Assembly: GCA_977020255.1 (NCBI GenBank)
Contig: CDROCS010002027.1
Span: 1-64,000, forward strand
Reading direction: 5' to 3'
Source of the DNA: Obrimoposthia wandeli
Taxonomy: Eukaryota
Length of the DNA: 64,000 nucleotides
A model generated the notes under the pieces. It had not been told where the DNA came from. It worked only from the letters and a program-made list of their open reading frames with translations, and ran no database searches. Shown here in pieces: positions 33,072 to 42,147 of the stretch. The position numbers and the translations under genes were made by a program. Positions within the stretch are counted from its first letter, which is position 1. Each line of letters starts with the position of its first letter.

Positions 33072-33365
33072 CTAATGTAAGTTATCTCGCTCTTTTTGTG
33101 CTTCAAGACCTTCTGGCACTAAATCTACACCGCCATCATTATATGGATGACACTTTACTACCCTCTTACCACCTAACCATAAACCTTTAAACGGCCCATG
33201 TATTTCAATAGCTTCTTTTGTATAACTGGAGCAAGTAGGATAAAAACGACAGTTATTACCTAGCATAGGACTAATTGCATATTGATATATTTTAATCAAT
33301 AATAATAAAATGGCACTTAAGCAGGAACTCACTACAGTTTGGATCTTGTACAACCATTTAAGCAT
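33072..33365 (-). CDS. yidD: Membrane protein insertion efficiency factor YidD-like protein
   Basis: YQYAISP...CRFYPTCSSY..EAIEIHG..KG.WL...R..KCHP...GG.D.VP. Confidence 0.9.
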   Translation of the reverse strand: MLKWLYKIQTVVSSCLSAILLLLIKIYQYAISPMLGNNCRFYPTCSSYTKEAIEIHGPFKGLWLGGKRVVKCHPYNDGGVDLVPEGLEAQKERDNLH

Positions 33366-33466
33366 ATAATATAGCTACATTTCATTTTTCTATCGGATTC
33401 AATTTAAACGCTATGTAAAGTGTAGCATTTTCACTCAACACAGCGATTGATTCGATCGAGAATTAT

Positions 33467-34258
33467 TTACTCTTGCTTGTGTAAATGCACATCCATTTGC
33501 GGGAAAGGAATACTAATACCTGCCTCATCAAACCTGAGTTTCACCTTCTCTGTGGTATCCCAAAGAACCCCCCAATAATCGGCGCTATTCACCCAAGGCC
33601 TAACAATGAAATTAACGCTACTATCGGCAAGTTCCGATACAGCAATCACTGTTTCGGGATCTTTCAAAACTCTGTCATCTTCAGCAATGATATCAGCGAG
33701 CAACTGTTTAGCTTGCCTTAAATCAGCTTCATAGCCTATACCAAACACCATATCTACCCTACGGGTATCTTTGGCTGAATAGTTTATTATTACGCCTCCG
33801 TAGATAGCTCCATTAGGTACAATGATTGCGCGGTTATCAACAGTACGCATCATACTGTTAAATATAGAAATCTTTTCAACAATCCCCGATACTCCAGCAG
33901 CTTCTACAAAATCACCTTCTTTAAAAGGCTTAAAGAGTAACAACATTACCCCAGCGGCAAAGTTCTTTAAAGAGTCTTGCAGTGATAAACCAATGGCTAA
34001 ACCTGCAGCACCCACTATTGCGATCAACGAAGTCGTATCCACCCCTAATCTATCTAAAGCGGCAACAATAACGACTAAAAACATAATAGCGTTACCGATA
34101 GATAATACAAAATCTACTAACATTTTATCCATTTTGGATTTATTTAGTATTTTTCTAAGCAGCCCTAAAATCATTTTTATCAGTATTTTACCAATAAAAA
34201 ATATCGCTATTGCTAAAGCAATATCAATAGCCCAAGGCATAATGTATTGATCAACCAT
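33467..34258 (-). CDS. mscS: Small-conductance mechanosensitive channel
   Basis: GAAGLAIGLSLQ, NFAAG, PFKEGD, IVPNG, INYS, RRVD, ISIPFPQMDVH. Confidence 0.93.
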   Translation of the reverse strand: MVDQYIMPWAIDIALAIAIFFIGKILIKMILGLLRKILNKSKMDKMLVDFVLSIGNAIMFLVVIVAALDRLGVDTTSLIAIVGAAGLAIGLSLQDSLKNFAAGVMLLLFKPFKEGDFVEAAGVSGIVEKISIFNSMMRTVDNRAIIVPNGAIYGGVIINYSAKDTRRVDMVFGIGYEADLRQAKQLLADIIAEDDRVLKDPETVIAVSELADSSVNFIVRPWVNSADYWGVLWDTTEKVKLRFDEAGISIPFPQMDVHLHKQE

Positions 34259-34496
34259 AATATTTTTATCTCCTTAAAGTGTTCACTCAGTGAATCAGCT
34301 TTTATTGTGTGTTAATGACCACTGCAATAGCAATTTGAATCATTTGTAGTCTACGCTTATCGCATCCAACTATTGCATACGTTAGTATAATCAGTTTAGG
34401 CTGAAACCAATAATTGTTTAACAGCCATTAAGCTAAAAAAGATTATAAAGCTTTTGCATTAGTTTGCAGGAACTGCAAAAAGTGATAGTTTAAGTT

Positions 34497-34870
34497 GCGG
34501 TTAAGGCTAATATTCTTAAAACTATTTGAACCATAAACCTTCGGACACAGACAGCACTTATCATTCCCATAAGTACATTCAATGCTTATCAATACGGCAA
34601 CCAGGGTTCTAATTTTTTGTATTTGCCAAAAATTAAAGTAACCACCTTTAAGGAAATAGCGAACAACTCCAAGACGCCACTGGCGTAAAGGATTGTTTGT
34701 GATTGAGGCAATGGTTACAGGCGGGCTGGTTGCCCGGCGAAAACCATTAACAAAGAGCACGAATAATCCTGTACGCCCCGTAGGGTGGATCTCTAAGCGG
34801 TCAACTCCTTTGTCAGAATATTTGTAAAGGACTGGCCATTCACTGCACGTTCTTCCGCGCATTTAGCCAT
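34497..34870 (+). ncRNA. Candidate structured non-coding RNA, family not recognised
   Basis: GC-rich island with nested helices incl. GGCGUA-A-AGGAUUGUUUGUG/CACGAAUAAUCCU-G-UACGCC; G-U pairs favour the + strand; candidate promoter TTGCAG-16-TAGTTT upstream. Confidence 0.5.
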
Positions 34871-34874
34871 TCAG

Positions 34875-34883
34875 TTATCCACA
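34875..34883 (+). promoter_or_regulatory. DnaA box, perfect consensus
   Basis: TTATCCACA. Confidence 0.65.
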
Positions 34884-35110
34884 GGGAACATCTGGGGACT
34901 TATTCGCTACTTGCTTAATCGAAAGATCCATTTAATAACGATTTTACTAGTCATATAAAACTCAATTTAGCCATATAACAGTTTAACAAAGCTATTCATT
35001 GGAAAATATCACTCTAAATATTTGATTTTTTGATATATTTGTTGTAATAGTATTACATAGGTATATCATTTATTCGTCTAAAGTTAACTTTAATTATATA
35101 GTAGCCTGTT

Positions 35111-35680
35111 ATGAAAAATTTCCTTATCATTATCCTATTATTCAGCTACATAGAATCAAGTTTTGCTATTTCTGCTCATGTTTCTGACGACTTGCAAGTT
35201 TATTATAGATCCGGACCTTCAACTAAATATCGCCTTGTTGGTACATTAGTCAGTGGTGATACGATTACCATTTTGGATGATACAACCAGCAAACGCTTTT
35301 ATAAAGTAAGCACATTGCAGGGTAAAGTTGGTTGGATAGCAAGCAATAAAGTTAAAACAGGAGATAGTGCTAAAACCAAGGCATTACAACTTGAAAAATC
35401 TTTATCGAGTAGTATCGCTTTGATCAAAAAACAAGCAAATGAAATTCATCGTTTAAAGAACTCGCTAAGCAAACAACAAATTGAAAATGATAATCACTCG
35501 AATAAACAATCCCAACTCAATTCGGAAATAAACTCTTTAAGCGATCAAATTAATGATTTAGACGATAGCAATTTAATTCGCTGGATGACCCATGCGGGTA
35601 TCGTAACTATTATCGGCATTTTTCTGATTTTTATCGTTTCTATTTTCAGAAAGCGCAAGAACTACAACGAAATTTATTAA
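35111..35680 (+). CDS. SH3-domain protein (YgiM/TIGR04211-like)
   Basis: Signal peptide, VSDDL.VY.RSGPS..YR..G.L.SG, GW, coiled coil, C-terminal TM + RKRK. Confidence 0.85.
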   Translation: MKNFLIIILLFSYIESSFAISAHVSDDLQVYYRSGPSTKYRLVGTLVSGDTITILDDTTSKRFYKVSTLQGKVGWIASNKVKTGDSAKTKALQLEKSLSSSIALIKKQANEIHRLKNSLSKQQIENDNHSNKQSQLNSEINSLSDQINDLDDSNLIRWMTHAGIVTIIGIFLIFIVSIFRKRKNYNEIY

Positions 35681-35933
35681 GAAAAGCTTTTAAATACCGC
35701 TCAATATCTAGCCAAGTGTAGCATCGATTATTGAGCACTAATTTCTTTTTCTATCACAGCTATTAATAAAAGACCCGCGCTCTTCTGCAATTATTTATTG
35801 ATCTTTTATAGCATTTTTTTAAAGTCAAGTATTGACACTATGGATCATAGACTGTCATTAATATCATTGGTTATTAAAAAAACAATTTACTAGAGCCCTT
35901 TATTTACGGGTCTTGCAGAAGCTTCAATCAAAC

Positions 35934-35967
35934 TGTCTACAAAGTTATCCACACTATCTGGGGATAA
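35934..35967. promoter_or_regulatory. DnaA-box cluster: perfect box plus inverted 1-mismatch box, and a degenerate third
   Basis: ctgtctaca-aag-TTATCCACA(35945-53)-ctatc-TGGGGATAA(35959-67). Confidence 0.65.
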
Positions 35968-36367
35968 CGATAGCCAAAAACGCTAAACTATTTTCGTTAA
36001 TATAAAATGAATTATTTTTCGAAAATCATCTTCCAATAGTATTTTTAAATAACTGAGCCCATATCTACTTCTATATAAAATTAAACTAGCCAATCGTGCT
36101 CACTGAGACATTTGATTAAAATATATACCTCTCCAGAAGATAGACGTTTTGAATATTAATAACTTGTTCTCACACCTTTTAACAACTACAGTGTAAGTAT
36201 AGTTATTAGTCAGTGTTTATTTATCAACAGATAGTAGCTGAACAGTTTACTTGCTATATTTATGAACTGTTATATTAATTAATCTGTAACAGTCCTGTGT
36301 TTTATCTACATGGATCTTAATCGACATTTTCGATTAATTGCATGCTCACTAAAGAAGAGGTTTATTA

Positions 36368-36499
36368 ATGCTAACGATTTTAACGCTCTGTATTTTTGCT
36401 ACAATTTTGCTTTTGGGCCGTGGACTTTTTACGCCTCAGCCTAAGCTTCAACCAGTTAAAGCCAAAAAAGAAGTGGCTCGAAGAACGTCGAGATATTAG
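36368..36499 (+). CDS. Small single-pass membrane protein (43 aa), below the ORF-track cutoff
   Basis: MLTILTLCIFATILLLGRGLFTPQPKLQPVKAKKEVARRTSRY; AAGAGG RBS 7 nt upstream. Confidence 0.6.
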   Translation: MLTILTLCIFATILLLGRGLFTPQPKLQPVKAKKEVARRTSRY

Positions 36500-36568
36500 T
36501 TTTTTTGGATAGTTACAAATACCACATACCATTGCTTAACATATAATCGGCATTTAACAGTGAATTAC

Positions 36569-36594
36569 AAAAAAGCGCTATCAGCGCTTTTTTT
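36569..36594. terminator. Bidirectional terminator at the recD 3' end
   Basis: AAAAAAGCGCT-atc-AGCGCTTTTTTT. Confidence 0.8.
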
Positions 36595-38473
36595 AACTAG
36601 GCTCTTTGAGCTGCCATATTTTATCTGCTAAACCGCTAGTACGTTTAGTGGTTTTAGATATAGCTTGTTGTAAGATGCGCGGTATACCAAAAAAAGTAAA
36701 CTGCTGTTTTGCCCTTGTTATAGCAGTATAGACAAGCTCTTTATTAATGATTTTAGCACTTTGCACCAACATCAGCATAACATGCGAAAATTCCGATCCT
36801 TGGCTTTTGTGCACCGTCATCGCAAACACCGTTTCATGCTGTGGCAAACGACTAGGCAACACAGCACGCATTTCACCCCCTTGTTCAAACCACACTTTCA
36901 ACTGCTTCGTTTGAGAATCAAAACAGGTAATCCCGATATCGCCATTGTATAACTGCATTTGGTTATCATTGCGGGTTATCATAATTGGCCGCCCTAAGTA
37001 CCAGCGATTTTCAGGCTCTTTAAGCTTTAATTTTTCAAAATGCTGCTCAAGCTCTTGATTAATCTGCTCTACCCCATAAGGGCCTACCCTTAAAGCACAT
37101 AGTACTTGAAACTGATTAAAGCTCGTTAGCAGTGTTTTCGGATCTTGCTCGGTTTTTATTATGTCGAAATAAGCTTTATAGCCAAGCAAGATATTGCTTA
37201 AAGCTTGCTGAGTATCTTGAGTAGGAAGTACAACTTTAATATCAGCATAGTTGCTATTCAGCACTGCGCTAACCCGTTTTGCATCTCCTTGATTACAAGC
37301 TTTAGCTAAAGCTCCAATGCCACTACTATCTGAGAACCGGTAGCTTTTTTGTAGAAAAGCTAATTGATCTGCAAATGAATATTGGTTAATTTTAATCGGC
37401 TCAAAACCACAACTGACTTTTAATAGTTCAGATTGAGCTGCTGAGTAACACGCTATTTGTGGCACCGCACAAATATCGCCTAACACGCTGCCAGCTTCTA
37501 CTGAAGCTAATTGATCTCGATCGCCTATTAAGACTAATCTAGTTTGGTTTGCCAGCGCATCGACAATACTTGCCATCATGGGTAAATCGATCATCGAAGC
37601 TTCATCGATTATAAGTAAATCTAGTAGTAATGGATTTTCACGATGATGAATGAATTTATTACTACTTGCTCTTGAGCCTAATAAGCGGTGTAAGGTTTTA
37701 CCTTGCTCCGGGATAAGCGATAACACCTCTGCCGATAAGTTAAGCTTGTTTTTAGCTTGAGCAATCGATTCAGATAACCTAGCAGCCGCTTTTCCCGTTG
37801 GGGCCGCCAACTGTATTATAGGTCGTTTGTTTTGCTGCAATTGGCTTTCAATATAAATAGCCAATAGCTTAGTGACGGTGGTGGTTTTACCGGTGCCTGG
37901 GCCACCACTAATGATGCTGATAGGATGCTCAGTAGTAATAGCAGCCGCAATTCTTTGCCAATCAGGCAGCTCCTTACTAGAAAAATATCTATCTAACTGC
38001 TTGGTAAGCTGTAGCGCTTTTAGTGCACTAGCTTCTTTGCTTAATAATGCATTGGCCGGCTGCTCTGCTGGCATTAATAATCTAGCAGCCACTTGGCACT
38101 CATACCGCCAGTACCGGTATAAATACAAACGATTATTATCAATCACTAAAGGGGTAATGCAGGATCCATCGCCAATTATTTGGTTATCAAGCAAACTCTG
38201 CGCTGAAGATTTAACACCTAATAAAGCTGTTGCTGATTTAATTTGATCTACTGGCCAATGCTCGATTGTTTCAAACAAGTTATCTAGTGCGACGCACACA
38301 TGCCCATCGCCTAATTCAGCACTAACCAAGGCTCCTAGTAATAGTTGGCTATTGCTACTATCTGGTAATTTTTGTGCCAACCACTGGGAAAATTTAACAT
38401 CGACCACGCGCATCAGCTGTTGCTTTAATAATTGATCTAGTAGTTCAAACAGCGGCTCACGTTGCGTGTTCAT
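36593..38473 (-). CDS. recD: Exodeoxyribonuclease V alpha subunit
   Basis: SGGPGTGKTTT, AAPTGKAAARL, TLHRLLG, DEASMID, AMTVHKSQGSEF. Confidence 0.96.
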   Translation of the reverse strand: MNTQREPLFELLDQLLKQQLMRVVDVKFSQWLAQKLPDSSNSQLLLGALVSAELGDGHVCVALDNLFETIEHWPVDQIKSATALLGVKSSAQSLLDNQIIGDGSCITPLVIDNNRLYLYRYWRYECQVAARLLMPAEQPANALLSKEASALKALQLTKQLDRYFSSKELPDWQRIAAAITTEHPISIISGGPGTGKTTTVTKLLAIYIESQLQQNKRPIIQLAAPTGKAAARLSESIAQAKNKLNLSAEVLSLIPEQGKTLHRLLGSRASSNKFIHHRENPLLLDLLIIDEASMIDLPMMASIVDALANQTRLVLIGDRDQLASVEAGSVLGDICAVPQIACYSAAQSELLKVSCGFEPIKINQYSFADQLAFLQKSYRFSDSSGIGALAKACNQGDAKRVSAVLNSNYADIKVVLPTQDTQQALSNILLGYKAYFDIIKTEQDPKTLLTSFNQFQVLCALRVGPYGVEQINQELEQHFEKLKLKEPENRWYLGRPIMITRNDNQMQLYNGDIGITCFDSQTKQLKVWFEQGGEMRAVLPSRLPQHETVFAMTVHKSQGSEFSHVMLMLVQSAKIINKELVYTAITRAKQQFTFFGIPRILQQAISKTTKRTSGLADKIWQLKEPS

Positions 38474-41400
38474 GCACCTTCCTCGAAAAGTTTATCTAGT
38501 TTTTCTATGAGTATACGTGCAGGCTTGGTGTAATAAATCCCGGTATCCGAATCAGGCGAAAGTCCTCGTAAAAACAAATAAAACACTCCGCCAATGTCTT
38601 TATCGTAATCATAATCAACGATGCGATTACGCAAAAAACGATGTAGCGCTAACGTATATAATACGTATTGAAAATCATATCGATGGTCAATCATTGCTAA
38701 TTCTAATTGGGGTATTTGGTAATCACTCAAAGTATCGCCTAAATAGTTAGATTTATAATCAACGACATAATACTTCCCTTCAAAGCGCAATGTTAAATCG
38801 ATAAACCCTTTTAACATGCCTGCTATTTTTGAGAACACTAGCTGCCCTGCTCTTTTGGCAAGAGGATCATATTGCGCTAATAATCGATTCACGCTGTGAC
38901 ACTCTATCGCTTTAAAAACCAGTACAAACTCCATTTCTACTAATCTGTTAGCGGTTGTAATCTGCTGTAAGCAAAACTGCTGTTGGGATTCTTTCGCCTC
39001 TAAAACCACTTCCAGTGATTGGTAGACAAAACTGGCTAAACAAGGAAGCCAGGCTAAGTCATAACCTGTGGCAGGTAAACGCTGTGCGAGCACTTCTTCG
39101 ATCTGGCTGATATCTTGTGCAGCAAAATCAATATCTTCATAAATACTATGTAAAAACGTTCCTGCGACAGCCCCTTTAGCAAAGGTAAAAATACTATCTT
39201 CAACTAATTCAGGCGTCAGCTCTGGCGTATCTATTTCATCCGCGACTTCAATATCTAATTTATTACTTTCTAGCGCAGTGCTGTGTTGTGCATTACGCGA
39301 TAACGCAGAATAACTTGTCACGCGCCAGTCATACTCAATCACTCTTGTAAAATCAGTTACTTGTAACTGATCTTCAAGTGCAGCATTACTTGAATCATTT
39401 TCTTGGGATTCTTCCACCAGCATCGATATGCCAAATAAATCGGGTTGGGAAATTGAGATATTAGCAGTATCAAGTACTTTAATTTCTGCACTGCTGGCAG
39501 ATAGTTCAGCTAGCGCTTGCTGCAAAGTTATATCTTGTAATAGCTTACTTTCGCCTTGTTCTGTGATTAACGTTAGCAAGTAACCTATTGCCGTTTTATG
39601 CCAAACGCTTTTATTTCTAAGACACACATCTGCCATGCCAATAAAGCAGCCGTGGGCAGCGCGTGTAATAGCCACATACAATAAGCGTAAGTCTTCTGCG
39701 AGTGCTTCTTTATCTTGCTTATCCGTTTCGCCCTCACCGGTGGTGGCTAAAATCGCTTGACCTTGCTCATCGTGATACAACTTATTGGTATTACTTCGAT
39801 AACGACAAGCAAAAGGGATATACACCAAATCGTATTCTAAACCTTTAGACTTATGAATGGTGATGACGGTGACTCTTGCTCTATCACTATCTAGCCTTAA
39901 CTGCTGCTCTTGTGCTTGGTTCGCCGGTTGTAAGCGCCTATCTTGTAAGTAGCGAATTAGCGCTTCATTTGACTCTAATTCTGCACTGGCTTGCTGCAAT
40001 AATTCAGATAAGTGCAAATAATCTGTTAAGCGGCGTTCGCCATCAATGTAACTTAACCAATGCTTTGCCAGCTCTCGTTGTTGTAAAAGCGCATGTAACA
40101 TGGCTAAAACACCGCTTTTGTACCAAATTTTGCGCAATATCAAGAAGTCTTCAACCAATGCTTCCCACGCTATTTCATCTTGGTTGAGATCATATAATTG
40201 TGCTGCGTTAAGTTGGAAGATTTCAGTGGCTAATGCACTTCGCAAATAGCGTTCATTATTGGGCTCATTAACCGCTTTTAATACGTACTCAAGCTCTCTA
40301 GCGACGTTCATACCGTAAACATTATCGCGATTAGACATAAACACTGAATCTATTTTCACTTCTAATAATGCTTGCTGTACTAGCCCTGCCTCTTTTCTAT
40401 CACGCACTAGAATGGCGATATTTTTGGCAGTAATAGCCTTATCTTTTAAAGAGCCTTCCTTCATCATGCGCTCTATTTGCGTCGCGCAAACAACCGCTAA
40501 ATCTTGTAAATATTGATCGTTGTTAACTTTGTCACTACTCAACCAAAAATTTAGCGCCGCCATCTTCTTACCGGCAAACATTAATTGCGAGGCGCCTTTT
40601 TTTGCAGCTTCTACCGGATGAAACGGAATATCATCACGATAGATAAAAGCAGCAGGTGAGCGTGAGAACAATTGATTAGTAGCACCGACCATCGCACTAG
40701 AAGAGCGCCAGTTAGTCCCTAGCGTATAATGCTTTTTTACTTGTCTGCGCGCTGTCATGTAGGTAAATATATCAGCCCCTCTAAACGCGTAAATGGATTG
40801 CTTGGGATCCCCTATCATCAATAAACCTAATCCTGATGATGACGAATCACTCGCTTCACTTTGCTCATCATCAACCTGATAAAGCTGCGAGAAGATTTTA
40901 TACTGTTCAGGATCAGTGTCTTGAAACTCATCAATCAGTGCAAAGGGGTATTGTTTGCGTATCGCGAGAGCCAAGCTATTTGAACTGCTATTAGAGCTGT
41001 TATCTGCACTGATATTTAAGCTATCATATAAATGAACATCATCTAATGCGGCTGCTAATTTTTGCAGTAGATCATCAAAACTTTGTAATTGAAGTTTGTT
41101 TTTTTCACGCTGCATATTAGTGCGCACAACGTTAAGTGCTCGACAAAATATGACTGCTTTAAAATTTATTTGCAGCTCACAAAAACTCGCTATTTTTTCA
41201 AACATTAAATGCTCAGGAACAACGTCCGTTTTACATTTTTCAAGCAACTGGGGCTGCGAAAATTTTGCAAGTTCCTTAAAAGGCGCTTTTTCTCCTGCTG
41301 CAAACGCCATTATTTTCGCGTACCAATTAGGTAAGTGCTTTTTTGAATAGCTACGCTTATCGACAGATGAGTTTTGAATCAACCCTTGCAAGTCATCATT

Positions 41401-42147
41401 AGGATCTTCACTACTTTGCACAGCTAATAGCTCTATACGCAATTGCTGCTGTGCACTTAAAAATTCTTGCCACTTTTGTGATAAATCAAAAGCACTGTAA
41501 TCAGGCTCAAGCTGCAAATTACTTAAACCTAGATAGCCACGTATTTTACTTAGTAAAGCATCAGGGTTAGCATAACAGGCCAATATTTCTTGCGCTAAAT
41601 CTAAAGGCGCTTGGTATAGCTCTACTCGCCAATAATCTAAGAGCGCTTGGCGCACTATATCGCTATCATCGCTTATCAGCTGCGCACCAAAGTTAGCACC
41701 TGACTCAAAAGCATGCTGCTTTAGCATTCGCTGGCAAAAACCATGAATGGTAAATATTGCTGCTTGATCCATTTCAGAAGCAGCGAACTCTAAATCTAAA
41801 ACAGCCCGCTCATGATCTTGGTGCTGTGCTAGTAACTGCTGAATAAAAACGTCTTCACTAGCGCCTAATACAAAGGCAATGCGCGCTTCTTGAATACGGG
41901 CACGAATACGCTCGCGCAGTTCTTGTGTGGCCGCCTCCGTAAAAGTAACCACTAATATTCGATCTACTTCTAACGGCTCTTTGCGCCCTAATCCTAATAA
42001 CAACCGTAAATAAAGCGCCGCTAAGGTATAGGTTTTACCGGTGCCTGCACTGGCTTCAATTAATGCCTGGCCTGTTAATGGCATACTAATAGCATCTAGT
42101 ATTTCAGGAGGGTTGTTATGCTCATTATGAGTGGTTGGAAGCGGCAT
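38470..42147 (-). CDS. recB: Exodeoxyribonuclease V beta subunit
   Basis: EASAGTGKTYT, DEFQDTD, GDPKQSIYAFRGAD, TIHKSKGLE, nuclease GFIDL...VVDYKSN. Confidence 0.97.
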   Translation of the reverse strand: MPLPTTHNEHNNPPEILDAISMPLTGQALIEASAGTGKTYTLAALYLRLLLGLGRKEPLEVDRILVVTFTEAATQELRERIRARIQEARIAFVLGASEDVFIQQLLAQHQDHERAVLDLEFAASEMDQAAIFTIHGFCQRMLKQHAFESGANFGAQLISDDSDIVRQALLDYWRVELYQAPLDLAQEILACYANPDALLSKIRGYLGLSNLQLEPDYSAFDLSQKWQEFLSAQQQLRIELLAVQSSEDPNDDLQGLIQNSSVDKRSYSKKHLPNWYAKIMAFAAGEKAPFKELAKFSQPQLLEKCKTDVVPEHLMFEKIASFCELQINFKAVIFCRALNVVRTNMQREKNKLQLQSFDDLLQKLAAALDDVHLYDSLNISADNSSNSSSNSLALAIRKQYPFALIDEFQDTDPEQYKIFSQLYQVDDEQSEASDSSSSGLGLLMIGDPKQSIYAFRGADIFTYMTARRQVKKHYTLGTNWRSSSAMVGATNQLFSRSPAAFIYRDDIPFHPVEAAKKGASQLMFAGKKMAALNFWLSSDKVNNDQYLQDLAVVCATQIERMMKEGSLKDKAITAKNIAILVRDRKEAGLVQQALLEVKIDSVFMSNRDNVYGMNVARELEYVLKAVNEPNNERYLRSALATEIFQLNAAQLYDLNQDEIAWEALVEDFLILRKIWYKSGVLAMLHALLQQRELAKHWLSYIDGERRLTDYLHLSELLQQASAELESNEALIRYLQDRRLQPANQAQEQQLRLDSDRARVTVITIHKSKGLEYDLVYIPFACRYRSNTNKLYHDEQGQAILATTGEGETDKQDKEALAEDLRLLYVAITRAAHGCFIGMADVCLRNKSVWHKTAIGYLLTLITEQGESKLLQDITLQQALAELSASSAEIKVLDTANISISQPDLFGISMLVEESQENDSSNAALEDQLQVTDFTRVIEYDWRVTSYSALSRNAQHSTALESNKLDIEVADEIDTPELTPELVEDSIFTFAKGAVAGTFLHSIYEDIDFAAQDISQIEEVLAQRLPATGYDLAWLPCLASFVYQSLEVVLEAKESQQQFCLQQITTANRLVEMEFVLVFKAIECHSVNRLLAQYDPLAKRAGQLVFSKIAGMLKGFIDLTLRFEGKYYVVDYKSNYLGDTLSDYQIPQLELAMIDHRYDFQYVLYTLALHRFLRNRIVDYDYDKDIGGVFYLFLRGLSPDSDTGIYYTKPARILIEKLDKLFEEGA

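Noticed and set aside
34582-34641. 19-codon ORF MLINTATRVLIFCICQKLK as a type I toxin or leader peptide
   Set aside because: No Shine-Dalgarno, only weakly hydrophobic, no antisense promoter/terminator seen
34443-34862. 139-aa minus-strand ORF over the structured GC-rich block
   Set aside because: No recognisable motif or RBS and atypical Cys/Trp/Arg-rich composition; the helices and G-U polarity are better explained by a + strand RNA. Not excluded without a homology search.
34875-36330. Chromosomal oriC
   Set aside because: Only two perfect boxes 1 kb apart, no dnaA/gidA/parAB context, and small spot checks showed no strand-bias switch; kept as DARS/datA-like pending a real skew calculation
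40975-41030. NSSNSSSNS low-complexity insertion in RecB
   Set aside because: Short in-frame loop expansion from 9-nt slippage; catalytic motifs intact, no intein signature
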